From IMG/VR virus record IMGVR_UViG_3300042508_000428: a stretch of DNA of 64,000 nt; one strand, written 5' to 3'. The stretch is from a virus. Below the pieces are notes generated by a model. It saw nothing but the letters and a program-made list of their open reading frames with translations, ran no database searches and was not told where the DNA came from. Positions 42,218 through 50,420 of the stretch are shown here, piece after piece. How positions within the stretch are numbered: position 1 is the stretch's first letter; each line of letters begins with the position of its first letter. A program made the position numbers and the translations under genes.

Positions 42218-42808
42218 ATGAATAAATATGTTTTAACAGAATTTCTTGAACTTGATAACGATTCTTCTCTTCTAACAGAAGACGATAAGAGAATGATTGA
42301 AGCTGGCGATGTTATTCTTGCTGGCCGTTTACAAAAAGCAGATGCTAAGAACGGCAACGGCAGAGTTTATCCAAAGAGAACTCTCCAAAGAGAAGTGGAA
42401 AACTATAAAAAGCTTGTTCAAGAAAAAAGAGCATTAGGCGAATTAGACCACCCAGATTCTTCTGTTATTGAATTAAAGAATGCTTCTCACATTGTAACAC
42501 ACATTGAGATGAAAGGCGATGAAGTTGTTGGCAAACTAAGACTATTAGATACTCCAGCAGGTAGAATCGCTAAAGATCTTATTAAAGGTGGAGTCAAACT
42601 TGGTGTCTCTTCTCGCGGTCTTGGATCAACAAAAGAACAAAGCGGAGTTACGATGGTACAAGACGACTTCCAATTAATATGCTTTGACCTTGTTTCAGAA
42701 CCATCCACAACTGGTGCTTTCTTATTTAAAGAGCACAAAGAACCAAATATCTTTACAAAATCCGATAAGATTTATAGAGCAATAAACGACATTCTTATTG
42801 GAGAGTGA
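42218..42808 (+). CDS. gp21: Prohead core protease (T4 gp21-like)
   Basis: ADAKNGNGRVYP, ALGELDHP (catalytic His), GVSSRGLGS (catalytic Ser), FDLVSEPST. Confidence 0.95.
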   Translation: MNKYVLTEFLELDNDSSLLTEDDKRMIEAGDVILAGRLQKADAKNGNGRVYPKRTLQREVENYKKLVQEKRALGELDHPDSSVIELKNASHIVTHIEMKGDEVVGKLRLLDTPAGRIAKDLIKGGVKLGVSSRGLGSTKEQSGVTMVQDDFQLICFDLVSEPSTTGAFLFKEHKEPNIFTKSDKIYRAINDILIGE

Positions 42809-42810
42809 TA

Positions 42811-43662
42811 ATGCTGAATGAAGCAATATTACAGAAAGAACTTTACAAGGAGTTAGAACAATTTTTAGCAAGTTCTAATTTCCTAGACGAAGATAATGAA
42901 TTTACTGATTCTGTGAGAGTTGCTGGTTATGGAGAGATTGAACAAACAGAAAGTGCTACTGCATTATCAAAAGCATTAAAAACATTCTTCAAAACCAAAA
43001 AAGTTCCTTTATCTGTTGTTGTATCTACGATAAATCCATCAGATGTTAAAATGGAACCATCCTCACAGACTAACGAACATCCAAATAATTATTTAATCGC
43101 TGCCGAAGCAGGATTAGATCAAAAAGGTAAGATGCAGTTGATACTTCATACTGCGGAAACCTCTGAAGATTTTAATCCGAGCTTAATGAATAAAGATAAA
43201 ATTATTCACAGCATAGCAACAGCAATTAGGCACGAACTAATACACGATAGGCAATACACTGGGTTGTCTAAGAAAATGGGTATTACAAGACCAGAGGCAA
43301 AACAAAAATACGAAGACTGGGGACAAATACCAGGAGCAGATACAGATAGAAAACAATACTTAGGAGCAGACATCGAACTAGATGCTTTTGGTCATGAGTT
43401 TGCTGAATTGCTTGCTCGCAATTTTGGCATAGATAAAGCGATGGAATTGGTCGCCACATCAGATTCTACAGAACTACAAAAAGTAGCAAAAGATATAGAT
43501 TTTGGCGATAATCTTAGAGAATATTATATAGACCATCCACAAGAAAGATTTACAGGCAAATTACAAAAGAAAATAAGAAAATATTTAAAGCATTTTAAAG
43601 ATCAACAGATTTATGAAAACTATTTATATAGTGTTTTGAGAAAAAATTTATTAGAAGGTTAA
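42811..43662 (+). CDS. Hypothetical protein with HExxH zinc-metallopeptidase-like motif
   Basis: AIRHELIHDRQ at 43231-43245 and downstream YLGADIELDAF; GGAGAG SD favours ATG 42811. Confidence 0.55.
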   Translation: MLNEAILQKELYKELEQFLASSNFLDEDNEFTDSVRVAGYGEIEQTESATALSKALKTFFKTKKVPLSVVVSTINPSDVKMEPSSQTNEHPNNYLIAAEAGLDQKGKMQLILHTAETSEDFNPSLMNKDKIIHSIATAIRHELIHDRQYTGLSKKMGITRPEAKQKYEDWGQIPGADTDRKQYLGADIELDAFGHEFAELLARNFGIDKAMELVATSDSTELQKVAKDIDFGDNLREYYIDHPQERFTGKLQKKIRKYLKHFKDQQIYENYLYSVLRKNLLEG

Positions 43663-43663
43663 T

Positions 43664-44038
43664 ATGACAAAAAGTGAAATGAAAAAAATTATGAAACCAC
43701 TTGTAAAAGAATGTCTCCAAGAGATGCTTTTAGAAGAAGGTTTATTATCAAATCTTATTAGTGAAGTAAATAAAGGTAATAAAACTACCTTCTCTGAATC
43801 TTCTAGAAGAGATCCAACTCCTCTAAGACCAAGAGAGCAAGTTAAACCACAAGCAAAACCACAAATAAACGAAGTTAGAAGAAAATTAGCAGACTCCATA
43901 GGAAATGGAGCATATGCGAATGTCTTCGAAGGAATCGAACCAGCACCAAGTCCAAGTAATCTTGGAGGAGATAATGGAGATCCAGGACTGGATTTATCAG
44001 TCCTTAGTAACATCCCTGGATTAAAGGGATTTAAATGA
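43664..44038 (+). CDS. Hypothetical head-module protein
   Basis: MTKSEMKKIMKPLVKECLQEMLLEEG; ACTATTTA at 43619 upstream. Confidence 0.5.
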   Translation: MTKSEMKKIMKPLVKECLQEMLLEEGLLSNLISEVNKGNKTTFSESSRRDPTPLRPREQVKPQAKPQINEVRRKLADSIGNGAYANVFEGIEPAPSPSNLGGDNGDPGLDLSVLSNIPGLKGFK

Positions 44039-44044
44039 GGCGTT

Positions 44045-44287
44045 ATGGCAAACAAGAGAGTTAATGTCGAAGTTAAACTAAGACTAGGCGAACATCAAGA
44101 TAAAATGATCAAAAGATTTCTTAATAAAGTTAAGAAAGAAAAGATTGTTGAAGAGTTACAAAATAGAAGATATTATGAAACTCCAACAGCAAAAAGATCA
44201 AGATTGAAGAATCGTAGAAAGAAAGTACTTGCTAAACTTCGTAGAGAAAGAGAAGCAATCGACAGACCAAAAGAAAAGAAAGATTAA
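44045..44287 (+). CDS. rpsU: Phage-encoded ribosomal protein bS21 homologue
   Basis: VEVKLRLGEHQDKMIKRFLNKVKKEKIVEELQNRRYYETPTAKR matches the S21 pattern (V-x-V...E...ALKRF...E...R-x-YEKP); Lys/Arg-rich 80 aa; located in head morphogenesis cluster as known for phage bS21. Confidence 0.85.
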   Translation: MANKRVNVEVKLRLGEHQDKMIKRFLNKVKKEKIVEELQNRRYYETPTAKRSRLKNRRKKVLAKLRREREAIDRPKEKKD

Positions 44288-44295
44288 ACTATTTA
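44288..44295 (+). promoter_or_regulatory. ACTATTTA motif
   Basis: 30 nt upstream of ATG 44318. Confidence 0.6.
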
Positions 44296-44317
44296 TTGGA
44301 AACTAGGAGATTAAAAT

Positions 44318-44746
44318 ATGTCAAATATACAGTGGCCTTATGCTGGGCTTGGAAATGCCCCGTCTTATCAAGTAAGTGGTATTCCATTTGCAACAAGCAG
44401 TAATGCAATTCCTGCTCTTGGCACAGCTCCTTTGCAAATTAGCTTTCCTTATGTAACAAAGAATGTAACAATTCACCTTTTAAATAAAAATAAAAAATTA
44501 AGAGTAGGTTTTAGTCAAAACGGAGTTACTGGTTCTGGAACAAATTATTTTGTAATTGACAGCAATTCTCCTTCTGATCCAATAGTGACTTTTGATGTAA
44601 AGTGTTCCTCTGTTTTTTTATTGAGTGATAGTGCAGACATTTTAACAGGTTCTGTTTATGCAGCATTAACTGGAATACAAACATCCGAGTTACAAGCATC
44701 TGGACCAAATGGAGCAAATTGGTCTGGTTCGTTGGGAGTTGGATAG
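44318..44746 (+). CDS. Putative virion (head-associated) protein
   Basis: 142 aa, beta-rich, GLGNAPSYQVSGIPF; own motif and AGGAG SD. Confidence 0.45.
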   Translation: MSNIQWPYAGLGNAPSYQVSGIPFATSSNAIPALGTAPLQISFPYVTKNVTIHLLNKNKKLRVGFSQNGVTGSGTNYFVIDSNSPSDPIVTFDVKCSSVFLLSDSADILTGSVYAALTGIQTSELQASGPNGANWSGSLGVG

Positions 44747-44752
44747 TATAAT

Positions 44753-44760
44753 ACTATTTA
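44753..44760 (+). promoter_or_regulatory. ACTATTTA motif heading scaffold-capsid operon
   Basis: 33 nt upstream of ATG 44786. Confidence 0.6.
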
Positions 44761-44785
44761 TTATACAATAAGTGGAGAAACATAT

Positions 44786-46594
44786 ATGAGTTCAATGTTA
44801 GAGCAAGCAATTCTAGATGCTAAAGAATTAAAAGAAGCAGCAATTAAAAACGCCCAACAGTCCATTATCGAGAAATACTCTAATGAATTTGAAGGTGAGA
44901 TAGAAAAACTACTAGAACAAGCCGCTGCTCCAGCTGATCCCGCTGCGGCTGCTCCCGCTGCTGATCCAATGGCCGGTCTTGGTGCTGCTCCTGCGGCTGC
45001 TCCTATGCCCGGTATGACCATGCCAGGATCTGCTCCTGTTGATCCAGAAAAAGCAAAGTCAGACTCAGATAATAAATCTTCAATGTTTGATAAACTAAAT
45101 TATGCTTTTAAAGACGGAGAAGTAATTGAAGATAAAATTTTCCCAACAGGACTTGTTGAGGTAGATTTAGATTCTTTGTCAGAATTTAGTTTTGAAGATA
45201 ATAAAAAAACACCAGAACAAATGGCGTTACAAGAACTTAAAAACCTTTCTCTTAGAGAGCAGATTGAAGAAGAAATGAATGATGACGATGATTATGATTT
45301 CGATTCAGATTCTTTTCCATATGAAGACTCAGAAGAAGAAGATGATGAGAATGAAGAAGAATCAGAAGAAGACGAAGAACTAGACGACGAAGAATTCGAA
45401 GATGAAGACGAATTAGAAATGGACGATGAAGATTTTGAAGATAAAGATATGGAATCCGATTCGGATGAATTAGCAGATTTACAAGATTATAATGATGAAG
45501 GTAGTGTTGACCTAGAAGACGAAGAATCCGATATGGACATTGATATTGAAGACGAAGAGTTTACAGACGACGAAGATATGGAAGATGAAGATCTTTATGG
45601 CACAGAAGACGATGTAGGATTCCACGTTGATTACGATACAGACGAAGAGGATGAAGAATCCGAAGAAGACTATAATCCAGACGCTGACGTAGAAGATTTT
45701 GAAGATGAAGAGTCAGAAGAAGATGTAGACGAAGAAGAAGAGGACTCCGAGGAAGACGAAGAGGACGAAGAATATTATTATGACGACGAAGAGGAAGATT
45801 CTGAGGAAGACGAAGAAGATTCCGAAGAGGACGATGAGGAAGAATCAGAGGACGAGGAAGAAGATTTAGATGAAGCAAGAGATTTAACAGATAAAGAAAA
45901 GTCTAAACTTGACGATATTATTTCAAGATTAGAGAGAGCCTCTAAGTCTATCGAAAAAGGTAGTGCAAAGAATATGGTTGATGCTTCTGCTCGTCAACTA
46001 AAAGATCTACTAGATTCTCTTAAGGGTTCGGATAAAGAAGAACTACAAGAAGCTATTAAACTTGATTGGAAGAGATCTGGTCAAAGATCTCCATTCACCG
46101 GTATGTTTAAAGAAGAGGCAGAGCATGATTACATGCTAGAGCAAGTTCAAGCACAAATTGAAGCATTAGAACAAGAAGTCGAAGAACTTCAAGAATCTAA
46201 TAAAAAACTAAAAAGTGGTTTAAAAGAGTCAATTAATCTTGTTGAAAATTTAACTGATAAAGTTAAAAAATATGAACAAAAATTGCACGAATCAAGATTA
46301 TTGAATTATAAGCTACTATATACTAATAAGGCGCTATCAGATAGTTCCCTAAATGGACAGCAAAAAAATAAAATTGCTGAATCTATTGACGGTGCCAAGA
46401 CAGCTGAAGAAGTAAAATTGCTTTATGAAACATTAAAAAGCACAATGCGGGATGGAACCAGTAGAAGTACACCCAAATCATTGAGCGAGGCAGTTGAAAG
46501 ACGTTCTTCTTCACTTTTGCTAAGAGGCTCTCGTGCGGAGCCTAAGAAGCAAGATGATTTTGCTGAACGTATGAAACGGTTAGCAGGTTTATAA
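44786..46594 (+). CDS. gp22: Prohead core scaffold protein (gp22-like) with long acidic insert
   Basis: Directly upstream of capsid gene; coiled-coil C-half (LKESINLVENL...NYKLLYTNK...IAESIDGAKT), terminal ERMKRLAGL. Confidence 0.8.
   Translation: MSSMLEQAILDAKELKEAAIKNAQQSIIEKYSNEFEGEIEKLLEQAAAPADPAAAAPAADPMAGLGAAPAAAPMPGMTMPGSAPVDPEKAKSDSDNKSSMFDKLNYAFKDGEVIEDKIFPTGLVEVDLDSLSEFSFEDNKKTPEQMALQELKNLSLREQIEEEMNDDDDYDFDSDSFPYEDSEEEDDENEEESEEDEELDDEEFEDEDELEMDDEDFEDKDMESDSDELADLQDYNDEGSVDLEDEESDMDIDIEDEEFTDDEDMEDEDLYGTEDDVGFHVDYDTDEEDEESEEDYNPDADVEDFEDEESEEDVDEEEEDSEEDEEDEEYYYDDEEEDSEEDEEDSEEDDEEESEDEEEDLDEARDLTDKEKSKLDDIISRLERASKSIEKGSAKNMVDASARQLKDLLDSLKGSDKEELQEAIKLDWKRSGQRSPFTGMFKEEAEHDYMLEQVQAQIEALEQEVEELQESNKKLKSGLKESINLVENLTDKVKKYEQKLHESRLLNYKLLYTNKALSDSSLNGQQKNKIAESIDGAKTAEEVKLLYETLKSTMRDGTSRSTPKSLSEAVERRSSSLLLRGSRAEPKKQDDFAERMKRLAGL
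45271..45870 (+). repeat. ~200-codon Asp/Glu low-complexity tract
   Basis: Dominated by gaa/gac/gat/gag codons (EEEDDENEEESEEDEELDDEEFEDED...). Confidence 0.9.
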
Positions 46595-46625
46595 TTAACT
46601 TAACTTTAACAAAGGAGAAAACACA

Positions 46626-48455
46626 ATGGCAAGTATAGTCGAAAGATTAACAGAAAATATTGTTGAAAGAAATCTCCTTCGTGAAGGCGCTGCCCTCTCA
46701 AAGAAATGGGAAAGAACAGGTCTTCTAGAAGGAATCGATAGTGAGATGACAAAGACAACCATGTCTCGTCTTCTCGAAAATCAAGCAAAGGAACTACTCC
46801 GCGAAGCTTCCACAATGTCCGCAGGTGACGTTGAAGGTTTCGCAGCAGTTGCATTCCCAATTGTTAGACGCGTATTCGGTGGTCTAATTGCAAATGAACT
46901 CGTTGCAGTTCAACCAATGAGCCTCCCAAGCGGTCTAATCTTCTTCCTTGATTTTACCTATAGCAATGACACAGGAAACAAAACATTCGCTGGTGCAGTC
47001 GGTGGCCAATCTATTTACGGCGGTAACGTTGTAGCTAGCCAAATCACTGGTGGTGTTAGCTTAACTGGTGTTGATGCAAGTGGCGTACAAAACCTAGAAA
47101 AGAGCTTCTACTCTTTAAATAACGGTTTCTCAAGCGTAACTGGCTCAAGAGTGCTTAATCATTCTTGGAATTATGGCAACGCTGGTAAGGCTGGTGCATC
47201 TTCTACGGTTGTTGTTTACCAAACTTCCAGCTGGACAGACGTTGGTCTATCAACTGCTACAGGTAGTTCATTAACTGGCTCAACAGATGCAGCGTTCGTC
47301 GCATACGATCCAGATGTTCTTGCAGACACTTCTGCTTTAACATACCAAAAATTAAGACTATTCTTTGATTTGGGAACTTGGAATCAACTAGATAGAAATA
47401 ATCTAGTAGCAATCAACATTACTGGTTCAACAATTTCTGGTTCATTGGTTAGAAGACTAACTAAATTGGGTCCAGTAAGCCAATCTTTAGATGTAGTTGT
47501 TAAAACAGATGCTGGTGCTCCAATTTCAGAAGTTGGTGTTGCCCCATCTATTGCATCAACAACTTTTGCAATTAGGGATACATTAACAACTGGTAATTCT
47601 ATAGGTTCTGTTCTTACCGATCTATATGGTCTAGAAGGCGCTGGATCTGGTTCAACATTGAATGGTCAGGATATTCCTGGGGCTAACTTTACAATTCCAG
47701 AGATTGACATCAAAGTTGATAGCATCGCTGTAACAGCTCAAACCAAGAAACTCAAGGCCAAGTGGTCACCAGAATTAGGTCAAGACCTAAATGCTTACCA
47801 TAATCTTGACGCCGAAGTTGAGTTAACAAGCATCCTCTCCGAGCACGTTGCTCTTGAAATCGATCAAGAAATCCTCAACGATCTCGTTAAGGGTGCAACA
47901 GCTGGTACTAAGTACTGGAGCCGTAGACCAGGTAAGTTTGTCAACCGTGACACAGGTGCAAGCATCACATCAGTTGGTGCCCCACCAGACTTCACAGGTA
48001 ATGTCAGCATGTGGTATGAAACACTCATTGAAACAATCAATGACGTTTCTGCTCAAATCCACAGAAAGACAAGACGTGGTGGTGCAAACTTCCTCGTAAC
48101 TTCACCAGAAGTTGCTAACCTCCTAGAGTTCACCTCTGGTTTCCGCGCTGATGTCAGCATGGAAGACCTAAAGGGCGGTTCAGTTGGCGCAGTCAAGGCT
48201 GGTAGCCTCAGCAAGAAGTTTGATCTTTATGTTGATCCATATTTCCCACGCAACCTAATCCTAGTTGGTCGTAGAGGCAAGGCATTCCTCGAAAGCGGTT
48301 ATGTCTACGCTCCATACGTCCCACTAATGATTACACCAACAATCTTCGGTACAGAAGACTTTGTACCAAGAAAGGGTCTAATGACTCGCTACGCCAAGAA
48401 GATGGTTCGTCCAGACATGTATGGCCTAGTAGTTTGCCAAGACCTAATTGGTTAA
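46626..48455 (+). CDS. gp23: Major capsid protein (T4 gp23-like)
   Basis: AFPIVRRVFGGLIANELVAVQPMSLPSGLIFFLDF, IPEIDIKVDSIAVTAQTKKLKAKWS, EIDQEIL, GYVYAPYVPL, GLMTRYA. Confidence 0.96.
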   Translation: MASIVERLTENIVERNLLREGAALSKKWERTGLLEGIDSEMTKTTMSRLLENQAKELLREASTMSAGDVEGFAAVAFPIVRRVFGGLIANELVAVQPMSLPSGLIFFLDFTYSNDTGNKTFAGAVGGQSIYGGNVVASQITGGVSLTGVDASGVQNLEKSFYSLNNGFSSVTGSRVLNHSWNYGNAGKAGASSTVVVYQTSSWTDVGLSTATGSSLTGSTDAAFVAYDPDVLADTSALTYQKLRLFFDLGTWNQLDRNNLVAINITGSTISGSLVRRLTKLGPVSQSLDVVVKTDAGAPISEVGVAPSIASTTFAIRDTLTTGNSIGSVLTDLYGLEGAGSGSTLNGQDIPGANFTIPEIDIKVDSIAVTAQTKKLKAKWSPELGQDLNAYHNLDAEVELTSILSEHVALEIDQEILNDLVKGATAGTKYWSRRPGKFVNRDTGASITSVGAPPDFTGNVSMWYETLIETINDVSAQIHRKTRRGGANFLVTSPEVANLLEFTSGFRADVSMEDLKGGSVGAVKAGSLSKKFDLYVDPYFPRNLILVGRRGKAFLESGYVYAPYVPLMITPTIFGTEDFVPRKGLMTRYAKKMVRPDMYGLVVCQDLIG

Positions 48456-48478
48456 TCAACTAAGGGTTAATTAAGCAG

Positions 48479-48510
48479 AACCCCTGTCAGGGAAACTTGA
48501 CAGGGGTTTT
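48479..48510 (+). terminator. Rho-independent terminator after capsid gene
   Basis: AACCCCTGTCAGG-GAAA-CTTGACAGGGGTTTT (one G.U pair, GNRA loop, U tail). Confidence 0.9.
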
Positions 48511-48523
48511 GTGTTTCTGATAA

Positions 48524-48531
48524 ACTATTTA
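48524..48531 (+). promoter_or_regulatory. ACTATTTA motif heading the envelope cassette
   Basis: Between terminator and AGGAG SD, 23 nt upstream of ATG 48547. Confidence 0.6.
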
Positions 48532-48546
48532 TCAAAAGGAGAAACT

Positions 48547-50418
48547 ATGAAAAAACTTTTATTATCTTTATTATTGTTGACTGCATGTGGCGACGATTTA
48601 GGTTGGGAACACAAAGAAACAAAACACGATTGTGCTGATGCAGTTGTTGGAGACAGCGGTGTTTGTAATTTATGTCAAGACGTAACGGAGACAAAAGATG
48701 AGCAATCTGGAACAGAAGAAGTTGTTAGCGATGTTGCTGACAGTACCCAAAGTGACGTTCTCGCTGACAGTGGGAGCGATGACGCTGACGTTTCTGTCCC
48801 TGATGGCGTTACAGGAACGGACACAGAAGATACGCAAGATGCACAAGATGTACCAGAAGATGTAACTCAGGACGTTGCTCCACCACCAGAATGTGTTACG
48901 GCGACCGATTGTGTCGTTATAGCTTTGCCTTGTGTGGCACCAGATTGCCAAGAAGGTAAGTGTGTTAAAGTTCCATTTGATACACCATGTTCCGATAATA
49001 ATGAATGTACGGCAGGCGATCAATGCCAACTTGGTGTATGTGTTGCTGGTATTCAAATTAATTGTGACGATCTAGAATCTTGCACATTAGATTCTTGCGA
49101 GGCAGATAAAGGTTGCGTACATTTGCCAGTTGATGCAACTTGTGTCGATGGAGATGGTTGCACCGCAGAAGATATTTGCAAAGATGGTAAATGTGTAGGC
49201 GGTAAACCATTTAATTGCGATGATGGAAATGTTTGCACAGATGATACTTGCGAGACATTTGGTAAGGATGAAATTCATGTTTGTAATCATTTGCCAAATC
49301 AAGCGACTTGTACAGACAACGATGTTTGCACATTAGATGATGCCTGTGAGGGTGTTGTTTGCAAATCAAAAGCAGTTGCTATTTGTGATGATAATAATGT
49401 TTGTACAGACAATACTTGCGATCCAGCAAATGGTTGTGTTTATTTAGCAAATGTAGCAACTTGTACCGACAATGACGCTTGTACTGTGAATGATTTATGC
49501 TCCGAAACTGTTTGTAAATCTGGATTAGTATTAAGTTGTGCAGATAATAATGAATGTACAACTGATCTATGCAAGTCAGAATCAGGTTGTTATTTTGAGA
49601 ATAACACAAATGTTTGTAGCGATAATAATGTTTGTAGCATTGACGATAAGTGTGAGGCAGGATCATGTATTGCTGGCGCTCAAAAGGTTTGTGATGACGC
49701 TAATCTTTGCACCGTTGATTCATGTGATGCTGTAAATGGATGTGCTTCCGTAAATGCTGTTGATGGTACAAAATGTGCTGAAGGCGTCTGTAAAGACGGC
49801 TCTTGTGCTTGTGTAAGCGGGTTTGGCTGTGCTTTGCCTGCCTTCGTATATACTGGCGATGTGACTGCTGGTATGTTAGGAGGAATGGGTGGTGGTGTCG
49901 GTCCAAAGATGGGTTGCCCTGCTACTGATGTTTTAATCGGTTTAGGTTTTGATTTCAGTAATGGTCAAAAAACAGCCACTAGAACAACTGCCGTTTGTGG
50001 TAAAGTTACAATTGAACAAAATGGAACTGTCATAACAACTCAAACAACTACACAAAAATCAGGTGGTTCTGGATGTTTTGGTTGGGATCCTTCAACTCCA
50101 ACTCCGCTTGTAGTTTGCAAGAGTGGTTGGGCTGTTGTTGGTATTAAAGGCAAAAAACCCGGAGGCACTCTATTCAATTCTGTAAAAGTTGTTTGTGGTA
50201 AACTCGATGTTGCTGGCAAACCAACTGGCGAGACAGAAGTTTTAAATGTAGAAGGAACACTAGGCTCAGGTGTTGATCAAGAAGTATTATGCCCAGAAAA
50301 AACAATTGCTCGTTATTTTGAGACAAGAGCTGGTTGTGGGCAAGATGCTTTGACTATGTATTGTGCTACTGCAACACCAGATTGTACTGGTCAAGAATTA
50401 ATTTGTAAGGATTTATAA
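48547..50418 (+). CDS. Lipoprotein with Cys-rich tandem repeats and C-terminal threefold (beta-prism-like) domain
   Basis: True start ATG 48547 (AGGAG SD); MKKLLLSLLLLTA-C lipobox; acidic linker; ten CxDxNxCTxDxC-type repeats. Confidence 0.8.
   Translation: MKKLLLSLLLLTACGDDLGWEHKETKHDCADAVVGDSGVCNLCQDVTETKDEQSGTEEVVSDVADSTQSDVLADSGSDDADVSVPDGVTGTDTEDTQDAQDVPEDVTQDVAPPPECVTATDCVVIALPCVAPDCQEGKCVKVPFDTPCSDNNECTAGDQCQLGVCVAGIQINCDDLESCTLDSCEADKGCVHLPVDATCVDGDGCTAEDICKDGKCVGGKPFNCDDGNVCTDDTCETFGKDEIHVCNHLPNQATCTDNDVCTLDDACEGVVCKSKAVAICDDNNVCTDNTCDPANGCVYLANVATCTDNDACTVNDLCSETVCKSGLVLSCADNNECTTDLCKSESGCYFENNTNVCSDNNVCSIDDKCEAGSCIAGAQKVCDDANLCTVDSCDAVNGCASVNAVDGTKCAEGVCKDGSCACVSGFGCALPAFVYTGDVTAGMLGGMGGGVGPKMGCPATDVLIGLGFDFSNGQKTATRTTAVCGKVTIEQNGTVITTQTTTQKSGGSGCFGWDPSTPTPLVVCKSGWAVVGIKGKKPGGTLFNSVKVVCGKLDVAGKPTGETEVLNVEGTLGSGVDQEVLCPEKTIARYFETRAGCGQDALTMYCATATPDCTGQELICKDL
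48988..49810 (+). repeat. Ten ~25-aa Cys-rich repeats in alternating A/B pairs
   Basis: CSDNNECTAGDQC, CDDLESCTLDSC, CVDGDGCTAEDIC, CDDGNVCTDDTC, CTDNDVCTLDDAC, CDDNNVCTDNTC, CTDNDACTVNDLC, CADNNECTTDLC, CSDNNVCSIDDKC, CDDANLCTVDSC. Confidence 0.9.
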
Positions 50419-50420
50419 CA

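Noticed and set aside
45561-45878. Alternate-frame Arg/Leu/Pro ORF and minus-strand ORF 44761..45021
   Set aside because: Frame shadows of the scaffold's repetitive tracts.
33705-48455. Inteins or introns in terminase, portal or capsid
   Set aside because: ORFs are uninterrupted; no intein splice motifs or homing endonuclease motifs seen; extra length is low-complexity or insertion-domain sequence.
48511-48546. ORF-track start for the Cys-rich lipoprotein (and similar upstream starts at 7328, 33082, 41605, 42805)
   Set aside because: Downstream ATGs have proper SD spacing or avoid long overlaps and, for 48547, give a clean signal peptide.
48988-49810. CRISPR array or DNA-level repeat element
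   Set aside because: Repeats are conserved at protein level only, in frame, without identical DNA repeats and unique spacers.
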